From Perna viridis (Eukaryota): DNA of 64,000 nt. Positions within the stretch are counted from its first letter, which is position 1, and every line of letters begins with the position of its first letter. The position numbers were made by a program, and so were the translations under genes. The notes under the pieces are model-generated. The model searched no databases. It saw nothing but the letters and a program-made list of their open reading frames with translations, and was not told where the DNA came from. The stretch lies in NCBI GenBank assembly GCA_037379345.1, contig CM074511.1, positions 51,714,862 through 51,778,861 on the forward strand, in the 5' to 3' direction. Below are positions 1 through 12,500 of the stretch, one piece after another.

Positions 1-529
1 TTTTTTAAATTAACAATTATTCTTAAGAACTCCTTATCAAGTTTTTTGCAAGATACCCATTGTTTTGAATCTCCTGTTAATTTGAAACCTTACACTTTAG
101 TTTGAAAAAAAAGATATCACCACTTGATGTATATTTAAGTCATGTGGAATCCAATAATACCTTTTTTAACAGTATTTAGGGCCAACAATAGAAACTGATA
201 GCTTTAGGTAGAGACATTTTAATAGATATTAATTTCCTAAAAAACATTACAATCAAATTAGTGAAAAAGGGCTTGTACTGTCATATGACCAAATGATCAT
301 GTGAGTAAACATCACTACAGCTGACCCAAGATAACAAGTTGAATTATCTCCCCTAATAATAATAATAAAGAATAATGTTTTTCTTCAATAAGATTGTTAG
401 TCAAAAGTAAGAAATTAGATAGCAGATCAGGTTATAACATGTGTGAAGAGAGAAAATGAGAAATGGATAAGTGAGTGATCCACTGCAAACAGTCTATTTT
501 GTCTACCAGTGTGACTTAAATGGATATAC

Positions 530-550
530 CTTTTCTCATTTTCATTCCTT
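530..550 (-). CDS. PDE10A: Candidate 21-nt PDE10A microexon (RNENEK-R)
   Basis: gtttttgcag acceptor, AAG|gtatat donor; purine-rich, phase 2-2, open frame. Confidence 0.5.
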
Positions 551-3500
551 CTGCAAAAACACAATAAACAATCAAATAACTCTAAAAAAATATACTGATG
601 TATCTAATAAAAAATAAAAGTAAATTCTAAACAAAATCAAAGGAGAAAATATAATTTCTACTACAAGTACTTCTGTGGCTACTAATTAAGCATTGTATTT
701 TCTACTCTTTAACCCGATTCATTTTGTACCCCCCTAAAAAGTGAAACTAAGATCAATGTCTAAAAGCTGAAGCATCAGGGTGGAAATGAAGCATTGTTTG
801 GCACTGAATTTGGTAGGAACCAAGCTTTAGGACTATGAAGTGGGATTGAGAAAAAGTTTATCTCCAGTGTTAGCAATCAATACACAAAATATCAAAGATA
901 TCATGTCACTCGATTAAAACAATATCTCACCCTTTAATATTGCTGAAAATATTCAAGTTCATTCAATAATTTGAAAAATAACAAGAAATTAATTGCAAAT
1001 CAAGATTTATCACATGGCTTGTAAACTTTAGATTTTTTCTTTGTGTAGATAGAAACAAAACTCAACGTAAATTAAGAAAAAAAAATGTAACAATTTTAAC
1101 ATTTGATTTTAAGCCTAGAAAGTAATTTTGATTTGAAATTTGATCCTTTCGATAAAAAATATGTTTCTGGTGATGAAAAAATAATTGTAGCATTGTAGTG
1201 ATAGTTTGATTGACCCTCACTGACAGCAGATTTGGTGGTAGACAAATAGAAAATTATAAGTTCAGTGACTGATGACATTGGTGAGTTACATGATGTCTGT
1301 AATACTTACTTGGTGGCCATACAGAAAATGTCTTTCATCATATACAATACATGTACACTCTTAGCCATATCTTCGACTGCCCATGGAGAAAACTCATAAC
1401 TAAAATAACAACTGATTCTTAATGAACAATACCATACAGAAACAATTTTAATAATTGGGACTGCCATGTATTTGTCCAAAGTCATTTATGAATTATCCCC
1501 CTTGTACAATGACACCAGTTGTGTTCTTCAGTACAACAATTCCTTAGTTCCTGGGATTTAGACTATTTTTGCTCAATAACACAGAAAGATAAGAAAGATT
1601 GCATAATAATATTTTTTAGGAAAAAACAGTTCTTAGATAAACTGACTTGGCAACACCCTGTTTTTATTTGTAAACTGACTTGACAATTCTAGGTATATCA
1701 GTATAAGCTGACTTGACTACAATGTTCTGTCTTAACTGGGTTGACAACCCAAGTATATCAGTATAATACTCATTATTCAACAATTTCCCAGTGTTTCAGT
1801 ATACACTTACTTGACAATACCCGGTATTTTTTCAGGAAGTGGATTGGATTTGATCATTTTATATTCATCATCAGTACATTGGGCATGGTATGACAGAACT
1901 TCTAATGCTACTTTATATTTCTGTTCCGATCTCCTGATTTTGTCATACAGCTGAAAATACATGGTGGTATGAATGAATAGACAGATGTCAAATCAAAGAA
2001 TGAAAATACTTTAAAATTTGAAATACTGTAACCATACCTTTATTTGTGGGTACCAATTTTCATGGTTTCTGAAAAAAAATTATCAGTCCACATATTCTTG
2101 AAATGGTGGATTTGACAACTGTACCATACAAATGAATGGAAAATTTCCCTTTCATTGGGAACCAAATTACGTGGTCTACCAAGCCCACCAATACCACAAA
2201 AATTTGTACCCATGAACAATAATACTTTCATAGTACCTGGTTCATCATAAATACAGCATAACAAGTTTTGACAGAATTTATCACAGTGTGCCAGATAGGG
2301 CAAAATATGAAGTTTTGTCTTATAGTACAAAGCAGGTGATATTATGTTTATTGGCGATATAACGATTGATTTGATATAACGATGACATTTGAAATTACCA
2401 AAGTTTTTCAATATCAGTCATTAAGAACAACTGATAAGTTGCAAATAAATTTAATATGTTTTACTTTAGTACTTGCTTACCTTGGCATGATGAAGTGCCA
2501 GTCCACAATAAATTGCAAATGTTTCAAATGACTCTTCATCAGCCAATGTGAATGTTCCCTCTTTCTTGTTTACCATCTGTACTACACCTATTATACTGTA
2601 ATATCAACAAAAACTATTATTGAAATCTGAGTTACACGGTTCCACAATTCAGGAAAGCTCTACAAATCATTATTAAGGTAGATCATACCGCATATTTCTA
2701 ATCTATAAGTTTTCTTATTTTTCTGGAGGATGACCTTGAATGAACGTACTTCAGGATTTGGATGTAAAAACAGAGGTCATCGAGCTTGATTTTGAGATAA
2801 TTGAGCCTTAAAAAGATAATTTGATCTGAATTCTAAGCAGAATTTCACTATTTTGCAAACTATCAAGAAATAGTAGATAAAATTTCTTCCCAATTTACAT
2901 AAAGAACATTTAATTGACATTCTTTCATATTTCAAAATTAATTTTGGGTTCACTGAACTCTTTCTGTACTATTAAAAAAAACAATATTCCCATTACATTT
3001 CTATAGAACATTTTCCCTCCAATTATCTCCCCTTAAAACAGGCCTTATACAAGTAATGATAGTAATTTTACCATAAATTTTTTTAGTTCAAACATTTAAA
3101 AAAAAAAAATTTAAACATAATATTTTTAAGCCATTTAAAACATTTTTAGTTCATTGAAAATATACATGTCTGTATAATTTTGTAAGATGACAGAGAAGAA
3201 TGCTCAATGTAATAGGTATGATCTACATTAAAGGGGTAGTGTACATTTTTTTATCAATAATGTATCTACCTAATTTAACTTAATGTTCTAGTTGTAGAAT
3301 ATAAATACTTGTACATAAATAATGATGAAAATACCATATTCTTTCACAATACAACTTTTTCATGATCAAAATGCTCAAATACAACATATCTTTATTTGTT
3401 TAACAGTTCTTTTTAAATTTTATGTTATCACAGACTAAGACTTTTGTTCAATTGTTTTTAAAAAAATTTCATAGACGTAAAATTGCCCTAACAGACATTT

Positions 3501-6500
3501 TTTATGATTAATGCTATTTCAGCATCTACATGGTTCCATTCTACAAAAAATACAATTTCATGGTTTGATCAACACACAGAAACAACCTCACATTTTCATC
3601 TTTAATCTACATACCTTCCCCTGATATATATTGGCATACACAATATTGACTTTGTTCTGTACCCTGTTTGCATATCAACTTCTCTGAAAACAAAAACAAC
3701 AGAAAAATAAGTGTAAGAAAATGTACACATTTATATAATGCTTGAAATTGTTGGCTAAAATTCAAACTCTTTTGTACTTCAATTTGCTAAAATATATTGT
3801 AAGCAACCCAAAACAACCTTTTCATTAAAAACAGTGTATTTATAAGTCATTCAACAGATTGAATTTCCTGCACAATATTCAAATATCTTAAGTTTGCATA
3901 ATAAAATCATCTCCATATACGGTAGAACTCAATGTAATGTCAAATGACATGAAAAAAAGAGAACAAATAAAGATTAGCCCCATTCAATAACATATCACCA
4001 TCTGAATCTACAATATCTGCATTCCTCCTAAAACAGAGTCATTCAACCACTAGACCTCCTATTGCAATAGATACTAATAATATTTACAACCCTTCCAAAG
4101 TACTGTTACTTACCTATTAAACCTCCCATCTCCATAGGCATCCATAATATTTAGCACCTGCCCTGTGGAAGCAACATGTCCAGCAACACCTTTGTCCATT
4201 GGAAATCTGAAATTCATAAAAAAAAATACATATATCAAGTCATCCATTATACACAGCTAGAAAAGTTTTAAAAACTTGAAAAGATAAAATATAACAACCA
4301 AAGTTTTTGCAAGAAAAATAAGAGTATTTAGAAACTTACAATGTATGATAAGGGCTGCATATAAGAAACAATATACATAGCAACATTATGAATAAAACAC
4401 CTTATATAATTACCTAATTTCCTTTTGTGGTACATGCTCTTTACCCGTATCAAATATCCGAGCATATAATTCACTAGTCTTAGTATCTACTAGAAACAAA
4501 GATGCTCTGTCAGCATTGACCAATTTCTTGGCATAGTTCTGTAAACATATCATAAATTAATGGTACATTCAAAAGCAAAAAATTCCATGTTCATTTGTAC
4601 TGGTATTCCATAGTTAGGGGTATGATATTTGCCGATTCACGTACATTTTACTTGCAACCTCTAGTTTTGAGTGATATTTATGCGGCTTGTCCTTTGTATG
4701 TATAAGTTCCTTTGTAATGTTTTGTCTTTTGGTGTTCCTCTCTACTGTAAATGTACTAATTTTTGCGGTGTACCAATTTCTGCCATTTTCAGAAAGAAAA
4801 GCATGAAAAATGGTACCTGCAAAATTGATTTGTATTTAGCAACTGTGAAATATAATATTATTTCAATATTTGATGTTTTTGGTTGTATTTTATCTGAAGG
4901 TTTCACTTTTGTCTATATAATTGGTTGTATTTTATCTGAAGGTTTCACTTTTGTCTATATAATTGGTTGTGTTTTATCTGAAGGTTTCACTTTTGTCTAT
5001 ATAATTGGTTGTGTTTTATCTGAAGGTTTCACTTTTGTCTATATAATTGGTTGTGTTTTATCTGAAGGTTTCACTTTTGTCTATATAATTGGTTGTGTTT
5101 TATCTGAAGGTTTCACTTTCGTCTATATAATTGGTTGTGTTTTATCTGAAGGTTTCACTTTTGTCTATATAATTGGTTGTGTTTTGTCTTAAGGTTTGTC
5201 TGTTGTCTATTTGATGTTGTCCAAGTGTTTTTCTGTTGTTCATGTGATGTTTCTGGTTGTATTTTGTTTAAATGTTTGTTGTTTCTTTGATGTTGTCCAA
5301 ATGTTTTTCTGTTGTCCATGTGATGTTTCTGGTTGTATTTTGTTTAAATGTTTGTTGTTTCTTTGATGTCGTCCAAATGTTTTTCTGTTGTCCATGTTAT
5401 GTTTCTGGTTGTATTTTGTTTAAATGTTTGTTGTTTATTTGATGTTTTGGATGTATTTTGTCTAGCAATTTGTCTGTTGTCTATTTGACATTTTTGGTTG
5501 TTTTTCTAATGATTTGTCTGTTGTCAGTTTGATGTTCCTAATTTCTTTCTCTTCTAGAATTTACTCTCATCTGACACTAGTATTTCTACTTCCTTCTTGT
5601 ACTTTCTATTTGCATGAATTAATAAACATATGCAATTTCTTGTATTAAAAATAATCTTGATTCAGTCACTGTGAAAAAGAAGTGCTTTCTTTTACCTTAA
5701 TTTTATTCATTTTTTTAAATAAAAAAAAATATTTAAGGTATTCTTGTTTTTTTAAATCTCTTTGTATAACCATCTCATCATTTAGAAATATACACTCCTG
5801 GCATTAGGAAACATTATCATTTTGTAATTGTAAATTATGTTATGGCTAGCACACAAAAATACATGCATATACACAGATAAAAATATTTTATGTAACAATT
5901 ATCTGATTTTCATCCATATTATTACAGTACATAACATGTACTCGAGTGCTCAATTTCTGCTTTCTAGTGTACCTACCATTATTTTCATGATAACAGTGTC
6001 CATACTAACAATGTCTTGAAATATCGACCTGAAATATCATTAACATCATTTAATTCTATACAGGACTCATTTTATGAGTCTCTGAAGCTATTTCTAAACT
6101 TCAAAGTAAACACAGATAACCCTTACTTTGTATTAATCCAATCATCAATGTAATTTTTTGCAGTTTATTTCTATAGAAATCCTCAACATGCCATATTTTA
6201 ATGTAAGATCTCTGCATCACAGTTTGATTAATGCCTCTATAGAATGCAAGCAGAAAATAAAATAGAAATTGAAATTGAGATTTTCTGTTTAATGGTTTAA
6301 ACAAGCTTAAGATAGAATTGTGTAATACCCATTAATCAGTTTGTTACCTACATAAAACATGGCAACTTTAAACAACTTGGGACTTACTTTGTGACAGCCA
6401 ACAAAAAGTCATTTAACTTCCTCTGTCGCATCATACTGTTATACATCTATAAAAAAATAACACTCATCATCATATGCTATAACCTCTCTCATGTTTAGAA

Positions 6501-9500
6501 ATGAAATCCTATTTTTTTTTAAACTGTATTTTGCATATTGTTGTGAAATATCAATTCACAACAGAACAAATGGTCAGAGTAAGAATGTCTGGTGGTTAAT
6601 ATTTTATCAATTCTATTTATGAGAGAAGTTATGTGAAATTCTGATATAATGCATTAAAAATATGATCATTTTGACTGTATATGAACAAGAATATAACACA
6701 CAGTGTCACATAAAAAATTAAAATTAAACTTAAAAGAAATATTCTTATTTAAAATAAACGTATTTTCTCTCCATATTTTAATACAAATATAGTAATACAC
6801 TTTAATACAAAATGAAGGGAATTTTTTTTATCAGAAGAAAACCACTATAACCGAGATCTTCACGAATTACAGCAAAATTCAACAATGAGCTGTGCCTAAT
6901 AATGATTCAGTGTGATTTCTTTATTTAAAAGCTCGTTATGGTTTGACAAAAATAATTCTCCTGAAATGTGGCAAGGTATTGCTCAGAGATACAGTTACAC
7001 GATACAGAATTAGTGGCAGCAACTGTGTCACTCACAATCTCTGTTTGAATCTATATAGACAACAACCCATTTATTATTGCACTCAAGAAATGACAATAAA
7101 CAGGGTAGGATCATGCAGTGACAACATGACACACTACCTCTATGAAATAGGCAGCAAAGCTTCCCCAGAAAATCAGGTTAGCTGCAATCTAAAGCAAAAT
7201 ACTCATGTTAGTCAAAATAAAACCATAAAGGTGTTAGTTTAACTTAAAGCACTACAAATCAGAACCCAACAAGTAGATACTTGCCAATCTACACTACACA
7301 ATGATTATGTAACTGTTCTAATCACTCATTTATACAAAGAGGTATGGATAAAAAGCTGGAGGAGAAACATTGGTTCAAACAACTGGTGTCAATTTCATAA
7401 AAAGTCGTAAGTGGAAAATTGATCTTAAGTTATGATGTAACAATGTTATTTTCTTTTATGATGTCATTACTACGATCAACTTTACACTTATGACTTTTTG
7501 TGAAATTGATGCCTGAATTGTAAATTTCCTACATGTAAAATGGAAATAAAGGGAAACCTGTCAAAACCAAACCCTAAATAAACCAAAAATCTGTCGAACC
7601 TAGCTCACTTTTATATCCTTTGTGGCAGTTTAAAAGTGGTCTGAATATGAATTAACCAAACACTTGTTCAAGGAGGTAGACCTAGGATAAGGGACATAAC
7701 TCTTGAAATCAGTGATATGTTTGTATCATATTCAATTTCACCAAAGCCTATCAAGTTTTCATTTGAAACAGAATAAAATCAGTCCAAGTTACTTTGATGC
7801 TTACATGAGATTGATGTCAAATGCTGAATACAAATATTCCAATGTTTTGTAAGAGTTGTGTCCCTTACCCTAGGTCTACCTCTTACACAAAACCAATGTA
7901 CAGTTCAAAAGAGATTTGGTTCGGATAGGTTTCACTGAAGTTGTTATCTTTCAGTTTCAGTTTCTTACTTGAAACCTTATATACTTCTATTTCTGATCTG
8001 GTACATGTTTTTCCAATAGCTTTATATTGTAGTAGGAGTTTGCTGCTGTCAATACCATAAATCTGCCATTATCAAATGTCGTCATGATGTTTTAATATCT
8101 GCAGAATGTTATATTGTATAAAATTAATTTCTTGGTTCTAAGCAGATTATGGTATTAAGCACAAACTCTTACAGGTTTAGCACACAGGAGTCATTTCCCA
8201 ATCATATATTGATATGACCCTTCCAGTAATATAATTCTTACAGGTGTAAATTTATTATTTGTTTCCTGTTAATCCTAATAGTGATATAGCATTCCTGATG
8301 AATGTATCAATTTTCACTTATCTTTGCTGTTTTCAATTTCATTTGGTAAGAAACAATAATAGGGAAAATGTAGTACTGGTCAGTCACTTCTTCCAATAAT
8401 TCTCTCATGCAGTGAAACTGGTCTAAACCAAACCCCAAAAAAATCTGAAAACCTGTCTAAACCAGTTTAAAATTATTCTGAACATTCCTTAACTTAAAAC
8501 CTGCCTTAACCAGACCAATTTTTAAGTCAAAAAGTGGTGTGGTATAGACAGGTTTGCAGTGTATCAGGTCTGGTTTCCATTTCATAAGATGTGAAGGAAA
8601 TGCCAATTACACAACAATCTCCAAGATGCTTATGAATATACAATACAAAGCCTTAACCATCAACACTGAGTCGGAATGAACCAAAAAAAAAATCGAACAT
8701 TCACGCAGAGTAACTATTATCCAATGATAGACACCATTGCCATAATTTGATAAGTACCAAAACCATGTAAAATTCAGACACTGACAATGACAGAGGTCAT
8801 AACAGGTGCAGAAAAATACTGGTACATTGTACCAACAATGTTTTGTTCACTCTACATACTACCGGTTCTTACAAAACTATTGCCCTTTCTGCATATACCG
8901 GTAGGTATATATTTTTGAGAAAATCGTACATTCATCAACAATATCAAGAAAGGTAACTCTTGCAAAGTGCCACTAATTAGATTTTGTCTCAGAAATACAA
9001 CAACTGATTGACAAACTTAGACTGGTAGTGAAGTCTGTTTGCGAATTAGAAATAAAGGTAAATTTTGTGTGTGGGTGTTTGACATGATTGATTCACCCAC
9101 TTCCTAATTTTTATGAAGGCTGCTAACTAAAATATACAAATGAAAGATAGAACAACTGAATTTGGAAAATGTAAATTCAAGATACATCCTACATCATTTA
9201 AATGGGAGATAACTCCTGTATCAGTGAGAATGGATTATATATATCAATAGCTGGCATAAACTGTACATCAATGTTTACCTGAACATACTCCACACAAACA
9301 TCAGCCCATACTAACAATGTAGCAGTCACCTAGAACACACAACAATAAAACATGCACACAACATTTGTCATACAAGTATAAAAAAAACAGGGACTTCATG
9401 AATACCATCTTTATCAATTATCATAAACTTTCTTAAGTATTATGTCATTATGTTTAAAATTGGTATTTATTACACACAACCATTAATTCTACTCAATATA

Positions 9501-12500
9501 AAGAAATACAAAATACAACATGTAAAATACAGGGAAGAAAGATCACAACACAGAAACATTGGAACAACAACAGAAGTACTTAGAGTTTTAAGTAAAAAAT
9601 ACAATTATTTCCATGATAATGCATCAATATGTCAAACAGGCTATCAACATAAAAATGATAAGTAAAATTTGATTTTATTAAAAAAAAAAGTTGTATATCA
9701 ATTTGAACTATTATATTTGCTCATTGCATTTAGCCAATTACTTTTGTCAACAATTTTATTAACATGTTATACAGGTAACATTTTGTTGGTTTTCACAATT
9801 TAATAAAGTCACCAATAACATGTCATGTGCTGTCATGACCCCACTGATAGAGGAAGTTGATATCCAATAACTTAAATGTATGTCTGGTCTATATAGTCAC
9901 TTACCAAATATGAAATTGATCCATTCATTGGGAATTGAGATAATTTTGGTGAAATTAGAGCAGACAGAATAACCAAAAGATGGACTGATGAACAGAGACA
10001 CAGACAAACTGATATCAAAACGCATTGGGTGGGGGGTATAATCTAGTTGGTTCTTATTTCAGGCACTAGCTGCAAGGAGAGCTAAGTTTCTTATACAATT
10101 TGAAGACCTTCCAAATAAAATTTAGTATAACTATCTGAAATGGACACATCAGAAAATTCCACAAAAAATTGATTTTTTTTAATTGACTTCTGTCCTACCT
10201 CTTCATCTTCCTGAGTAAAAGGTTCAGCACTGAACTGTCTGTACAACTCTACCACACCTATAATAACAAAGTCAAGGTCATAGGTAATAACAGTGCACTC
10301 TGATATACAGACAAGGCTTAGAACTGTGGGAAAATATGAGTCTGTGCCGAGCATCTTCAATGATCGAGCCAAATGCATATATCAAAGTTTTGGTTAATGT
10401 GTTCACATTTTTAATGGAGATCCCCAATTTACAATCTAGCAGTATTCTTTAAATAAATATACAAGTAAAGGCACTTTAAGTTAATCATTAGGCAATAGCC
10501 TATTGTTATAAATCACTAAATCCATGAGATAATTTAAATTTCAACTTTCTAATACAGAAATTTTCAGTATTTCTTTATATAAGTATAGTTATTTCTTCTT
10601 TAAAATGTTATGTCATTTGTAAAACTTCACTATAGATTATGTCACTATTTCAGAGGATGTGACAGACAGAAAGACAAATATAGAGGATGAAATCCTTTGT
10701 GCAGGCATATAGCTAAGATTTTTAAGGAAGTACATTAGGAATGCTTTTCCAGTGAAGCTTAGACCCTCAATATAATTCAGAACAAAGGATAAGTAGCAAA
10801 CCACCATTTCCTTGTGTTTGATATCTTTATCAACTTCATAAACAGGGTACATACCAAGAACCCCTGAGTCTTCCTGTAAAATAGGAACAGCTAACACAGT
10901 CTGGACATGGTCCATCTTAATACCCAAACCTGCTGGGAACCTCATGTCCTAAAACACACAAAGTTCAATGACATTTGAGATAGAAAGAAACATAATGAAA
11001 GTATTCTCACTTTCTTGGGTCTATTTGCTTACTGGTTTCATCTGGTGTATATGGTTTAAACCTATTTTGATTATTTAGAATTCAAATTTACTCTTCAGAA
11101 TTCCATGTACTAGTAGTTTTAGAGATGTCATTGATCAAATAATTGAAAAAGTAGAAAACCAATACAAACATGAGAGTATTTAAGTGGTTCTGTCAAAATA
11201 TTGTATTAAAAGACCCAAAGACCAATGTCCTTTCCATTTCATTTGACTTCAAGGGCCAAAATATTTCATTGAATTGTGTTTTGTAACATTTCACAAACAT
11301 TTTATCCATGTAAGCGTCTTCCATGGAAACGAAGTCTTATCCTTAAATTGCACTCAGTTTTATTATTATGAGGGAAAATACTTTTAGCTCTAAAATACAG
11401 TTCATTTCAATAAATTTCAAATCTGTTTCTGTTACAGATAAATGATACTTCTATCCATTGCTGATGATTCATCAGATGAAAACATAATTGTTATATGGAC
11501 TTTAACTTTTCCCCTTATAATGATTTGACTTCAAAGGATTTTAAGTAGTCCTACAAATTCAAATGCCAGTTAAGATGAAATAAAACACAAATGGAGTTGT
11601 CTGAAATGTATAATTCTGAGACATTATTGGATATTTTTTGTAGTTTGATATGTCTTCATCATAAATGCTAAATTGTTCTTATATTTTGTTTTCATACAAT
11701 TCTATACAAAGTTAAATTGGTATTTTTAAGTTGTTTAAAGCAAATTTAGGTGCATACCAGGTAGTTACTACAAGTATTACTATGTAAAAGAAGATAAGTT
11801 TGTTAAAATAAAAATGAAATTCTGTTCAGCAGTTTCAGTGGATTTGTGATGACAAAAAAGAGGGCTGAAGGACTGACACTTCAATAACATTAAACCCTCT
11901 GTAAATTTATAATAAAAATTGTGATATTTTGTTCCTACTGGAAATTTACACTCAATGAATAAACTGTAAATTATTGTATAAGACGGGTGTAAAATAAACT
12001 ACAACTTTAACTTAAACAAAACCAAGTAATTGAAATTGGACAGGAAGTAATAAAGAAACCAAGAACACTTTACAGTTACCATGTGATATGCATCACATTT
12101 TTAAACAATGTCATATTTTTGTCAATATGAGCAGAAAACTTCATGTGACTTACCCCTTGCACATGATTGGTTCTAATTGTATCTTTCGTCTTGGCAACAT
12201 AAGAGGGCAGAGAAGTTCCTGTTTCTATGTTACCAATGTAGGAACCAGTAGATGATTTGTGTTTATCATGTGACCTCGAACCCCTGAAACACAAACAGAT
12301 GAAAGTAATATGACAATTCTAAACCAATAAAAATAAAGTATTATTAGAGGACACTACACCTTGATTTATTTAGCATTTGAAGAATTCAGTTTTCCCCAAA
12401 TCAACAGTTTATCATCCAGCCCCTACTGATTGTTCTGTTCACGCAATACTGGCCATGATCACCCTGACCACATAACACTATATATAGCCCTAACTGACTG

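Noticed and set aside
4671-5192. 173-aa ORF with repeated [14 protein letters not shown]
   Set aside because: Product of a stop-free 42-bp minisatellite on the antisense strand of a PDE10A intron.
9097-9126. 30-nt in-frame exon-like segment ([10 protein letters not shown]) between the alternative exons
   Set aside because: Wrong length, no W8 homology and a modest donor; such matches arise by chance in AT-rich introns.
7110-9840. Docking/selector-type RNA pairing between about 7119-7131 and 9821-9838
   Set aside because: Short and imperfect, the 9.8-kb partner appears repeat-derived, and pairing would loop out both exons.
11316-11330. X-box-like GTCTTCCATGGAAAC in a PDE10A intron
   Set aside because: Imperfect single motif far from any supported start site.
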